A stretch of 64,000 nt of DNA, from assembly GCA_002269645.1 (NCBI GenBank), contig NIVC01000052.1:372001-436000 (forward strand), written 5' to 3'. Below the pieces are notes generated by a model, which saw nothing but the letters and a program-made list of their open reading frames with translations, searched no databases and was not told where the DNA came from. This stretch comes from Macrostomum lignano. Taxonomy: Eukaryota. Below, in pieces: positions 38,651 through 50,855 of the stretch. Position 1 is the first letter of the stretch. The number at the start of each line of letters is the position of its first letter. The translations under genes were made by a program, and so were the position numbers.

Positions 38651-39871
38651 ATGCAAATGCCAATGTGGCTGCTGCTGCTGCTGCTTTCTTTCTTTCTTTC
38701 TGTTTCAGGGCGCGCCCGAGCCGGAGGACCGATAGGGGCGGGGGCGCTAGTGGCGCCCCATACTGCGCCGGATCTCGGCAGGCCTAGGGGCGGGCTCCAG
38801 AGTGGGCCGACCTGGCGCCCGCGCGCAGTTGGTTGACTAGGACCTGCTGTTTTCTCGGCAGGCCTAAAGGCGGGCTCCAGAGTGGGCCGACTGCTTCGGT
38901 GTCCAGGTTGTGGCGGCTGCGGCGGGCTGCCGCTTTGGCGGCGTCCGCCTGGATCGGGACCTGGCTTTGATCGAGAGTAGCTGCCCGGGCCGCCGCCTGG
39001 TCGGCCGCCTCGTTGCCGGTGTGAGTGCAGACTTGGCATGGGCTGGCAAGCATGTCTCTGTGCTGTGTGAGTGCAGACTTGGCATGGGCTGGCAAGCCTG
39101 TCTCTGTGCTGTGTGAGTGCAGACTTGGCATGGGCTGGCAAGCATGTCTCATTGTCTCTTTCATTTTATTTCCTACAGATTCAAATCAATGCCTTTAATT
39201 TTATGATGGTGTCAACTAATCCTGGGAAAAGCAATTTTGTCAAACTTCTATTTACTATTGATAAATATGACCATTTTTATTCAATTCTAATATGGTCACT
39301 TAATGAATTTTACAGCATTATCCCCGCGTCAAGTGGTGATGAAGAGCTCCAGTTTCTCAGTCTGCACTGCAACGACTCAGATCTGTGCTCAAACTCAAGC
39401 GGACTGCAGCTCTGCTTGCCGAACGGAAGCTAAAAGTTCTCTCTAACCCTGAAAAGTATCTACTCTACTCTCACCCAGTCTACAGGAAAGAAGTTCCACG
39501 GAGCTGCTCAAGTAAACCGACTGCTCTCTCAGCAGCGGTGATCTTCACTGCTGTGGGATTCGGGTCCGGCTTCATCGCCGCTACCAGCCTCCTCTGCGCG
39601 CTCTTTCGGGTGAGTTTCCTGAGATGCAGTCAGCTCATGAGCCTCAGCTACACATGGGCTTGGCTTCCAATTGCAGGTGTCAGCTCGGCAGAGCAGCTGC
39701 TGTCAGCAGAGGTTCGCCATCCAGGAGTCGAGAGGCGCTCAGCAAGTCGGCATGGCGAGTAGCTGGAGTCGAGGCCGAACATCGGCAGCTGGGAGACCTC
39801 CGGATGCGGCCACAGAGTATGAGAACTCTGAGTACAAGCTGGAGAATGCAGCTGGAGTTTACGTCAGCTAG
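38651..39871 (+). pseudogene. Lectin-Ig receptor copy E (internally deleted)
   Basis: SP exon MQMPMWLLLLLL is interrupted at ~38683 and resumes at the end of the Ig1 exon (~39020, repeated three times); partial Ig2, TM and YENS tail are near-identical to copy D 32955-33930. Confidence 0.8.
38683..39019 (-). mobile_element. 5'-truncated RNase H-bearing LINE fragment with (GAAA)n tail
   Basis: Minus strand reads GNEAADQAAARAATLDQSQVPIQADAAKAAARR, resembling the GNExADxxAK end of LINE RNase H; (CTTT)n on the plus strand at 38683-38700. Confidence 0.6.
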
Positions 39872-40218
39872 ACAGTTTTGCCTGTGAGAAACAGTGAACA
39901 CGTGCTTGACGTCAGCTGCTTTAGCAAATTGTTGCAGATGTTGGAATTCAGCCAGTAAACTGCTTTGTTGCTGCAACATGCACCTGTGCTAACATAGGTA
40001 GCGACAAATCTTACACAGACTGCTTAATTGCACTCATTTAGAAATATGATTAGAATTTGATGTGCAATCCCAATGCTTTTCCGATAAAAAATGCGATTAG
40101 GTAGACATGAAGCAGGGGTCAGAAATCTCGGGCCCGCGAAGTCTGTCAGGCCCTCGGGTTGTTAGAAACTTCACACTAGCAATCCGGCCCGCTCAAGGTT
40201 GGTGTCTCTCTGCAGCTC

Positions 40219-40415
40219 TCTTCTCTCTTCTCTACTCTCTCCTCTATCTCCTGTCCTCTTTCCCTTCTTTCTCCTCTCTCCCTCTTCTTTCCTCTCCTCT
40301 CCTCTCCTCTCCTCTCCTCTCCTCTCCTCTCCTCTCCTCTCCTCTCCTCTCCTCTCCTCTCCTCTCCTCTCCTCTCCTCTCCTCTCCTCTCCTCTCCTCC
40401 CCTCCCCTCCCCTCT
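40219..40415 (+). repeat. (CCTCT)n microsatellite / polypyrimidine tract
   Basis: Near-perfect pentamer run at ~40290-40400. Confidence 0.95.
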
Positions 40416-40802
40416 CATAACCCCTACCTTAGAATAGAGCATAACCTTGGCTAACTCATCGTGAGGCTTGAAGATAGCTTATGAAATGCAAGCTTGATGT
40501 CCTCATTTACGGAATGAAGTCGATTTTAAATTTTACTTGAATTTAAATCAAAATTTTTCTTTCGACATCTATGCTATATCGACTTGTTTATTTAATCACT
40601 TAAGCAAATAGACTAACTATAAAAAGCGAAACAGCAACTTACTATGTTGGTAAATTATTTTAGAAAAAGCCAGACTAAAGGATAGCAAAGGTAAAAAGAA
40701 ATTGTAAATAAAAATATTTGAACAAATTTTAATCAAGCGTTCTGCTCGATTTCCACTTTGTACGAGACGGACATTATCAATTTTTATCGATCGCCTCACG
40801 CC

Positions 40803-41839
40803 GAGTGCACGACAATTGACTGCCACAATTTGACTGCCGACAAAATGACTGCCGACAAAATGACTGCCGACAAAATGACTGCCGACAAAATGACTGCCGA
40901 CAAAATGACTGCCGAGCAATTTGACTGCCGAGCAATTTAACTGCCTCATCTCTTCCCTCTTCTCACTCCCTCTTCTCACCTCTACTCTTTCCTCTCCCTC
41001 ATCTCTCCCCTCCTCTCGCTTCTTTCTCCCCAGTAGCGCAACCAGAAATTTTTTGAGGGGGGGCGGATTTGAGAGGGGAGGGTAAAGTCCCGGGAGGATG
41101 GGGGCGGAGGGGTGGCTCTGTTTTTGGCGAAAATTCGCTTGGTCCCCCTTTGATTTTTTTGGGTCTCCGCCTAAGGGGGGGCGACCGCCCCCCGCCCCCC
41201 CCCTGGTTGCGCCACTGTTTCTCCCCTATTCTCTGCTCTCTCCTCACCCCTCGTCTCTCCTCTTATCTTCTATCTTTTCTCTTATCCCCCCTCTCGCCTC
41301 TCCTCTCTTCTAACAGTATATTTCTTCTCCTTTCCACTCGCATCTGGCCCGCAGCCATGAGCTGGATTCTTTATCTGGCCTTTGAGGTTAAAGTGTGCCG
41401 ATCCCTGCTTCGAAAGCCAGTTTGTGGGACGTAGTACTCTCATGGTTGTTATTATTTCTCATGCTTTAATCACGTCCTCTTTCTGGCCAATTAGCAGCCC
41501 TGAGAGGAGTTTGTGTATCTCCAGCTCCACCGCAGTTTGCAGCAGTCTAACAACCAAGGAAATATGCATTCTTAAGGAGGCCATTTAAATTTTAAGGTAC
41601 CTTTATGTGAAACTCAATGTTAAAATTTTCAAGGTGTAACAACTACTACTGGATTGCATTGTAATCGGTTATTCATTAATTTTTGCTGGCAGTCAGTCAA
41701 ATTGTGGCAGTCAAATTGTGGCAGTCAAATTGTGGCAGTCAAATTGTGGCAGTCAAATTGTGGCAGTCAAATTGTGGCAGTCAAATTGTGGCAGTCAAAT
41801 TGTGGCAGTCAAATTGTGGCAGTCAATTGTCGTAGACCC
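40803..41839. mobile_element. Mutator-like MITE with 9-bp TSD and tandemly repeated TIR motifs
   Basis: TSD CCTCACGCC (40794-40802, 41840-41848); ends GAGTGCACGACAATTGACTGCC / GGCAGTCAATTGTCGTAGACCC; arrays of GACTGCCGACAAAAT and GTGGCAGTCAAATT. Confidence 0.8.
41031..41217. mobile_element. hAT MITE nested in the Mutator-like MITE
   Basis: TIR CAGTAGCGCAACCAG / CTGGTTGCGCCACTG; 8-bp TSD TTTCTCCC (41023-41030, 41218-41225). Confidence 0.88.
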
Positions 41840-42384
41840 CCTCACGCCATGTTAGTCTCTGAATTATCTACTGTACGCTCTGTACTCAGCAATCAAAATT
41901 ACATTTGTATCCAGAGGCTCTTGCCGAGAAGGGTGTTGTTTAGTTTGCAGTGTTTTTGTAAATTAATGTGACTGCACTTGGAATCGAGCCTGGGCCGCTG
42001 GCACATCAGAGCGCCGCATTAGACCACTGGGCTACGGCCCCATTTGTCTTGGAACTACCAACTGACAATATTAAATCGAAGTCAAGATTTACAAGTACAT
42101 AACAAATATAACAAAATTGCGCAACAAAAATTGTACAAAAAACTCACTGCTCCTCTCAGAATGAAGATTGACAAACATCGAGTTGTGCATCTTGTAAAGG
42201 GATGAGCAGGGACTCAGCAGTACAGGATAGCGAAAAACCAGCTCTCTATATTTTATAATAAATTCTATGGAGCACTAGAGAAAACCAGCCTCCAACTATT
42301 TTCTGCATGATTTGGCCAGTTTCCCGTCCCTAGTTTAAGTAGTCCCTGCTCTCGACCCAATCGACTTAAGTTAAGTTAAGTTAA

Positions 42385-42615
42385 GCAAGACACTTAACTC
42401 TGCAGTGCTGCAGTTCACCCAGCTGTAAAATGGGTGCCAGCATTAGCTGGGGTAATTGAGGGTGCGTGTGGCGACCCCCCAGTCCTCGGACTGAACAGCC
42501 GTACGCAGCCTTCAGATGCGCCGCGCAATAGCTGCGGCTGAGCTGTCGGTTTCACATCTGCCCATTAGGCTAGGTGTAATCAATTATTATTAATACTCAT
42601 ATTTATTATTATTAC
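42385..42615 (+). mobile_element. 5'-truncated SINE copy
   Basis: GCAAGACACTTAACTC...TGTAAAATGGG body with an (ATT)n-like tail. Confidence 0.75.
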
Positions 42616-43469
42616 TATGACTGCGTACGTATCCGCGCGCTTGTGTGCCTGCTCAGAGGAGTCGGTGGAATGGGCAGTGATGCCTCTCGCCGGTTGTGCT
42701 ACAATGTCGCTTAAAATGCGCCAGGGTGCACGCTGCAACCCTTGAGCATTGACTTCAAGCTCACTGCACCGCAGAGCTGATCATAAACCCCATCGAGCAT
42801 GTCTGGAACTTCCTCAAGCGCAGCATACTCGTACAAAGAGAAAATCCACCGCAGAATGTTGTGCAGCTGCGCCAGGCCATTGCAGATACTTGGCAGAACC
42901 TTTCCCAGAACTTTCTGCGCCGCCTCATCTTGGAGATGCCGCGTAGAGTCGCCACACTGCTTCGTGTACGGGGATACCTCACGTGTTATTAAGCATTGCA
43001 ATTTCTTCTTCTTATGCAATACATAATTAACATGCAATATTGTTTGAATATTGCTTGAGAATCGATGCACACCTCAATCAAAATAATTAATAAGCAAACA
43101 CACTCGTAAACTGCTGAACTGCTGAAGTTGTCTTTGACTGACGCACGATATGCTTGCGGGTTTCCGAGTATCAGTGAGCTTAGTGCGGAAGAGCTCTGCA
43201 ATTTCTGACAGGAAGATTAATGGGATAAAGGCGGTGACTGGAAGTTACCTAAAAGAGTCGCACAAGGAGTTCATGCCTCAAAAAGCGCGACTTGGATGAA
43301 AGCATGGACTTCATCTCGGCTGGCTGGAAATCTATCTATAAGCAATATCCGATCGTCAGCACCAATGCATGAGCAATTTGCGCGCAATTAAAGATCACTG
43401 GAATTCACGCAGACTGTGAGTCTGTACTTAATCCCTAATGAGTTCACTTCTCAGCACTACAATAATGTT

Positions 43470-43830
43470 GCGCTTCATCGCTGCTACCTCTGCAGCGTTC
43501 TTTTGCGCGAGTTTCCTGAGATCCAGTGAGCTCATGAGCCTCAGCTATACATCGGCTTGGCTTCGGCTTGGTTTGGCTTCGGGTTGCAGGAGTCAGCCCG
43601 GCAGAGCAGCTGCTGTCAGAGACTCAGAGGCTCGCCATCCAGGAATCGAGAGGTGACCAGCAAGTCGACACGGAATTTTGCTTCAAAGGACTCTGATCTT
43701 AACTCAGACAGTTTAGAGTCATTCTGTAGAGCGTATCACTTCATTTTGAAGCTGCAGAGAATGAGAACTCTGAATATGAGCCGGAGAATGCAACTGAAGT
43801 TTACGTTAGTTGGACAGTTGAAAGTAAGCT
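43470..43830 (+). pseudogene. Receptor relic G (TM end plus degenerate YENS-type tail exon)
   Basis: Resembles 33520-33830 (CTTCATCGCTGCTACC..., ATGAGAACTCTGAATATGAGCCGGAGAATGCA). Confidence 0.6.
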
Positions 43831-44937
43831 GAAAGTAAGGCAGCCGTTCTGAGCTCGAGTCAGCGATGGTCTTGATGGCAGATCCGCTGTTCGCCTCCAG
43901 TCCAATACTCGTCGGTCGTAGCGGATGCCTCGCGAAGTAATTCATGAAAGCCTTCGTGTTAAACAACGAAACGGGCAGCACCACAGTCCAGTTGAAGTCG
44001 GATCATTTGCCCGTCCAAACAACAGTCGCAGACTAACGTTTCTGACGTGTTGGGGGGGGGGGGTTGTCACTGACTATTGACTGGTTGTCGTTCCGATGCG
44101 AGGTACACAGGTTTCCTCAAGGAGTTCATCCCCGATCAACTCTTGAAGCGTCGTGAAAAGTGCCGAAGTTGCAAGTTCTCCTAAGGCCATCATCTAGTCA
44201 CCGATGCTCTCGCTGTCGTGCTGGGCTCGCTACAAAAAAGGCGAATGACGCTCTGCAATGACACTTCTTGACTTCTCTTCTGAATTTGTACTTAAATTAA
44301 AGTACAAAAACATATTAACAACGACGATGGTGTTTAAAATCTTCAAGAGAAGAGTGCCGGTTTGTAACGATCTGGCTTTCTTAGTCAGTTAGTGCGTTAA
44401 TATTGTATATGAAAGAAAGGCTTGGCAGGACAAGATTTGAGTTTCTTTGGAAAAGCAACGTGAGTTCGAGTCCTGAGGCTCCTCCATCGTCTTCTGTCAC
44501 TAGGTGCAGAAACCTGTTAATGCACCTGCTTGAGCTGCCATGACTAAATATGACAACAAGCAGGTATCAGCAATGGTAAAGTTTGCATTAACTAACATAT
44601 TCACGCGCTGAACATGTGTTGACTTCTCCCACGTGTCCACAAAGTTAATCAGCTTGAGGGCCATCCGTCGGTGTTAAGACAATCTTAACACTGAAGTGTG
44701 TATTAGGGACGGAATCAATTATCAATAAACCAATAATAGCAATACAGCGCTAAAATTAATATTACCAAATCAAAATATAAGACTGCGTGCCCAAATGTTT
44801 TGAATTTACTCTGAAATATAATTTTAGCATTCATATCTAGCATAAATTGCCAGCGATCTGTAACCGTGACAGCCAACACCAACGGAGCTTTCATCAATGT
44901 CTGAATTTCAATAAGCCACACTTATTGGTGTTTCGAC

Positions 44938-47900
44938 ATGCAAATGCCGATGTGGCTGCTGCTGCTGCTGCTGCTGCTGGCCTCATCAGTGAGCACCAGC
45001 ATCCGAGGAGACTGTGAGTGCGTTTTCACCAAATCAACAATTATAAATGAATAGCACGGAATTAAATTGAGCTGACTGCTCAGCCTGTGCTCACCATTGC
45101 AGGCGAGTTCCCGATTCGCCAGAGCCGCGTCCTGAGCTCCTGGCAGTCGTCCTTTGATGACGGCCCGACTTGCTTTTACAACAGAAGTCGCGCTGATGAG
45201 GAATCCGTGCTCAAAAACAAAACCTTTAGCTACCGGTTCTTCCACAGCAAAGACAAGAGCTCAGCAGACGGCGGGTTTCACTGGTTTGCAGTGCAGCTGA
45301 ATGAGCCAGTGCTCATCAGATCTGTGACTGTGAAGGGCAGAGAGGGTGAGTCACTCACTCAAATGCGGGCTCAAAGTCTGCTTCCTCTGCTCACGGTGCT
45401 CTCGCATTCCAGATCATGCATCGTGGGTCTTTGAAAGAGCCAGAGGCGTTGAGATCTGGACATCAGACAGCAGCAGCCAGCTGTTCTCAGGAGATCACTG
45501 CAGCTCAAGGAGCATGAGCAGCCAGTTCAATCAGTCCCAGCAGCACTGGAGACTGTGTGGGGTCACGGAGAGCAACAATTCACAAATCATAGCTGGAGAG
45601 ATCTTCACAGTGAACTGCGTTGCAGAGGTAAGATTACAGATAGAGATGTGTACAAAAAGTTGAAAAGCTGAGGGCGTGATCAACTCAAGTAATTAATGAT
45701 CATGCAATGCATGGAGGAGGAACTCTCTTGACCTTAAATCCATTTCGATACTTATAAATCTGTTTGACACATCTTTCTAAGTCTATTTCAACAAAATTGA
45801 TATGCAATTCAGACAGTTCTCGTTTCACTCTCAATTGTCTCTTAAGACAAATTCATATTAATCAGTCATCATCTTATTTAGATAAGTTTTATTCAGTCAT
45901 TTGGGCGACACTTTCCAATCTTTCCAATCTTTCTATTCGATGCTGGCATGCCTAAACAGACGCATAGAAATAATTTTCTAAAATGATATTACGAAATTGC
46001 ATAATGAGATATCTGAATCACAGAATTTACAAAACACACAGTATATTCTGTGGTCTGAATTGCATATCGGTTTTGTTGAATTAGACAGGGAAAATGTGAT
46101 AACTCATAACGTATTTTGTTTTATCATTCGATTCTCTCAACTTTAGACAAGGCAGCTGCTGCTCAGAAGAAACATTACGTCAGCCGATGCATCGAGCTAT
46201 CACGATTACATGAGCTTTGCAGATCTCAGGCTTCAAACATTTCAGCTGGGTGAGTCCGCAACTCTGATATGTAATTCTGCAGATTGTGGATACTGTCGAA
46301 ACATGAATTAATGCAAAAAGCCCATCAAGATGATGCTCTTTGAAAATCCACTTTGGAAATTTACAGAGGCCTCAAAAGCTGAGTTGGTGGCGGAGAACTC
46401 CAGCTTCTCAGTGAGCTGCGCACTGCGATGCAGCGGCCCACCGGACGCAACTTCAAGGGATCTGCAGCTCTGCTCTCCGAACGGCAGCTGCACTGCATCA
46501 CAGGAGCTGCGGGTTCCCAGAGCGCAGCCTCAGCACTCTGGAAACTACACATGCAGACTGGGCTCTGTGGAAAAGCGCACTGGCGTGGCTGTGCTGTGTT
46601 AGTGGCAATACTTTGTTCGGCTTCATTTTAAATATACTTTCGGGCTTTCTCAAATGATAGAAATATTATTAAATGCTCGCATGGTCGAAACACAGAAAAT
46701 TATTCTCTTTGTAAATCTTGCTGCATCACTTAACATGCATTTTTTATCAAGCTAGCATTTTCAGAAGCGGTCAAGGAATATTGTGCTAAACTCGATCTCT
46801 CCAGCGCCCTCAGGCCCACAAGTGGTGGCGGAGAACTCCAGCTTCTCAGTGAGCTGCTCGCTGCACTGCAGCGGCTCAGATCTGTGCTCAAATTCAAGCA
46901 CACTGCAGTTCTGCTTGCCGAACGGCAGCTGCACAGGCAGCCACAGGATGGCCGTTGCAGTGGCGCAGCCTCAGCACTCTGGAAGCTACACCTGCAGACT
47001 GGGCTCTGTGGCGACTCGGACTTCCGTCACCGTACTGTGTGAGCTCTTGAAACTTTATATTTTGATGTGCACAAGCGACTAATGCTTTGAAACTTCTGAA
47101 AATGCTTCCAGTGAAAAGAAGTTTATTCTAAATATTAGAACTAGAATCATGAACGAGTAGGCACACGAGTCACAACGTGGCGCACGTTTCGCACCTGGAA
47201 ATGAATGCTCTGTACATTATTTTTGTCTGACTTACGCTCGAATTCATTCCTAATTGACTTATTACACGCTTTTGTTTTCGAAAGCCCAGCTGAACAAATG
47301 AATTTGCTTCATTGGTTGAGTAACAAAAATTACCTGCCTCTTTCTCATTCAGCATCCTCTCAGCCCCAGATCGTGGCGCAGAACTCCAGCTTCTCAGTGA
47401 GCTGCTCGCTGCACTGCAACTGCTCAGATCTGTGCTCAAACTCAAGCGGACTGCAGCTCTGCTTGCCGAACGGCAGCTGCACAGGCAGCCACAAGATGGC
47501 CGTTGCAGTGGCGCAGCCTCAGCACTCTGGAAACTACACCTGCAGACTGGGCTCTGTGGAGTCTCTGACTTCAGTCACCGTGCTGTGTGAGTGGGCGAAC
47601 TACTTTGATTTGCATGTACACTCTTCTATAGATGGTTTAACTGAGAAACCTAATCGAGCACTGACTGCATCGCTGCAGACCCGCCATCGAAGGTGTACAT
47701 AACATTTCTGAATCAGGGTAGCTGCGTCAGCCCATCGGATGTGACAGTGCAGTTCGCTTCCTCTGCGTCTCATCCGCGTGTTGAGCACAAATGCAGCGCC
47801 GCTGACGCCAGGGGTGTCTCACTGCTCAATATGACACGCCTGTCTTTGGTGAGTTGCAGTTTGAGAAGATATGAGTCAAGATTGGCTGACTGAATCATAT

Positions 47901-49294
47901 GACGCGATGCGCATTGCAGAGCTCGGGTGGAGATGGCTCCGTCAGCCAGTGGAAACTGGACAGCGATGGAGAACAGAGTCTGGGACTGAAAGTCCGCATC
48001 AACTGTAGCGCACTGCAGAAGCTTCCAAAAAAAATCAGCTTCCAAGCCGCCAACCTCCAGGACTCAGCTGAGCTGACCTGCCCAATGCTTGCCACCATCC
48101 AATCTCTCACTGGTGTCCTCGCAGCATCCGCCATCTGTAGCGCCGGTCTGGTCTTCCTCAGTGCAACCATCGCAGCTCTGGTAAATGATAAGCCTCTCCT
48201 TGAGTCAGTTCTCGTCACAGACACACACTAGTTAACTTACTAGATTGCTTGAAAAAACATGAAACACCTAAATACAGCGCGTGTGCATGGCGAGCAAGAG
48301 ATAAGAGGAATGGTGTCCCTGCCCCCAGCCAGGCCGATAAACAGTTAGGCGCTATGTCTAACCTTAACCTCTCTCCTTACTGCTCTCTCATTGGCTGAGC
48401 TAGATTGGGCCTGCCCCCTAGGCTGAGTTCGTCCGTCTAACTTTCACCTCTCTCCTTACTGCTCTCTCATTGGCTGAGCTAGATTGGGCCTACCCCCTAG
48501 GCTGAGTTTCGTCCGTCTAACTGTAACCTCTCTCCTTACTGCTCTCTCATTGGCTGAGCTAGATTGGGCCTACCCCCCTAGGCTGAGTTTCGTCCGTCTA
48601 ACTTTAACCTCTCTCCTTACTGCTCTCTCATTGGCTGAGCTAGATTGGACCTACCCCCCCCCCCTATGCTGAGTTTCCGTCCGTCTTGCATTTACTGTGT
48701 ACATGGAGTTAAACATTATCAACTCCATTATGCTGGTGAGGTCGGAAACCTCGAGGACGGAGAGGAAATTTTATCTGCGACAGAAAATTTAAGTGACACT
48801 GCGCAAAACAACTACTGAAAGAGTCGACGCTATATATATATTTTTTGCGAGTGGCATATCTATTTTTATATCTGCAGTTCTCGTGTACTAATTGCACAAT
48901 GCCCTGCGTTTCAGCGCAAGGCTCGGTCCAGCCACCTGCCAGCAGCCCCGCTAAACGTCAACTCAACTTGCATCGTGGACTCGGAGCTGCAAGCGGTTGC
49001 TGAAGAAGCTCCCGTACAAGGCGGGGTGAGTCTCTGCTAATGGGATAGCCATTGCTTTTTGGAATGCAAAAGACAGCGGGTCATTTGGCTTCGGTAGCGG
49101 CTGTCGGGTGCTGCTTAGATGTCAAGCAGATGGAGCCGCCTGCCCACCTCACCCGATTCCAGGCAGTCGGCAGCAGTGAACCGGAGTGCAGCTACCTCAC
49201 TGTGGCCGCCGCTGCACCCGCTGGTCAGGCTAAGCTGCGCGACTCCGACAGCGAATGCACCGAGTTCATCGAGATGGTGGCTGACGGCGACTGA
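44938..49294 (+). CDS. Lectin-Ig receptor copy F1 (intact): SP, F-type-lectin-like, 3x Ig, Ig-like, TM, SYLTV tail
   Basis: Exons 44938-45013, 45103-45345, 45413-45627, 46147-46249, 46367-46597, 46805-47038, 47353-47586, 47679-47848, 47920-48180, 48915-49025, 49163-49294; GT-AG, phase-compatible, open. Ig motif HSG[NS]YTC three times. Confidence 0.85.
48356..48685 (+). repeat. ~80-bp tandem repeat x4 (intronic), two ATTGG/CCAAT boxes per unit
   Basis: Unit GTCTAACTTTAACCTCTCTCCTTACTGCTCTCTCATTGGCTGAGCTAGATTGGGCCTACCCCCTAGGCTGAGTTTCGTCC. Confidence 0.9.
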
Positions 49295-49624
49295 CTCAGC
49301 TGGGGTGCTGCAGGCTGGAGAGAAAGCAATGAACTAAACATTTAACATTTCACTCCGGCATCTGAAATTGATCTTGAATGGATCTAAGATCCTAATGATC
49401 TTAAATTACTCGCAATAAATGAGTTAATTCAGAAATCGTTAAAACAAAACATGGTTGTTAAGTGGAAATACAAAATGGAAAATATCGAGCATCTGGAGGC
49501 TGCAGGCCCATGGAGTTCTTTGGTGAACATTTCAGAGTGGCGCATTAGCTTCCTTTATAATGAATATGTTGCGTTCATAATGGATTATTTTCTGCTAAAT
49601 CAATTGGTATTTTACTATTTAGTC

Positions 49625-50401
49625 TGTTGTGAATTCGTAACTCAATGTATTTGCCCTTACTGTAGTCTCTCTATCTCTCTCTCTCCCTCTGCCAACCCTC
49701 CCCACCCCTTCCATGCTTGCAACTTGTTGTGAGCTATTTTCTTAGAGTACTTTATGTATTTTTTTGGTGCCACTGCACTAGACCCAATCAATTGATGAAC
49801 TATTATTGTAGTTGTTTATTTGTCTAGCCTATGTCTGCAACTTTCTCACCCCTGATTATTATTATCCCTCCCCCTCCGTGCTCTCTCATTGGCTGTCGCT
49901 GTTTTCTGTAATTCTGGTTTTCTACCCCCCAGTCGCGTTTTGTGTGGCTGCAGCCAATCCCCGCTCGCTCTCTCTACGCACCCCGCCTTTTCTCTTACCC
50001 TGCAGCTTTTGCCCCACCCCATGTTGTGCTGGCAGATATTTATTGGCGTGCGCTCCTGTCCTCTCCCCCCCCATGCGACCGCTTCTCCTCTGACTCCTTC
50101 GCCGCAAATAGTATATGACAATAAACCAAAAACAAGCGTGCCAACAATCGTCTTCAACATAGACGCCCAGCGCGCCAAGTATCAGCGCCACAGTAAGTAT
50201 CGTTCTGTTCCTGTTATTTCGGGGTCAAGTGCCTCTAGGACTTTGTCACCGGGGCCTGTGCGTTCGCTGCGACCCTGGTTGCTGGCCTACTGCCTGCGCG
50301 TTTGTGCGACAGTGGGTTGGCAAGCAGCAGGACTGGGGCTGCGTTTTCCTGCTCGTACAGAGCGCCAGACGTAGCTGGCTGGTCCGTCTCGGGACACAAC
50401 A
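49625..50401. mobile_element. Solo-LTR-like insertion upstream of F2
   Basis: Ends TGTTGTG...CACAACA; internal AATAAA; absent from the inverted paralogous flank near 30870; no TSD found. Confidence 0.55.
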
Positions 50402-50855
50402 TTAAGATTATCATTATCATTATGATGTTTAAGAAAACTTTGAAATAATTTTCACGTTCAAGCTTTTGTTTATCAAAGCGTCAAAAAAAATTCAATCATG
50501 AATTCTGTCAGATTCGTCGCACAAAGTCTTCGACATCCGTGAATTTGGTTTTTGTTAATAAATTAGTGTCTATTTTTACTTGTCAACCACAGTAAGCTGC
50601 GCCGAATGCATCCAAATTAGTGAATTTTTAGAACGGAGGCGCTGTCCAATTTCTGACTGGAACAAACACTTATTAACCTCAGTTAAACTGGTTGCAATTG
50701 CAAGTGGTGAATGAGTTTAAGATTCCTGCAGGGTATTCTTGGCAGCTTTAAACAAAAGATCGCTAATTTAAGTTTTTTTTCGACCATTTTCCGAATACGT
50801 CGCCGCCAACAAGACACTTCAGAAGAGAATAAAATCTTGAAGAAAGTACTTGTCA

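Noticed and set aside
40112-41409. hAT element from CAGGGGTC (40112) to GATCCCTG (41409)
   Set aside because: No TSD, and it would overlap rather than nest with the TSD-supported Mutator-like MITE.
42711-43070. 119-aa minus-strand ORF as a gene or LINE domain
   Set aside because: No motif I can recognise with confidence; possibly a retroelement scrap.
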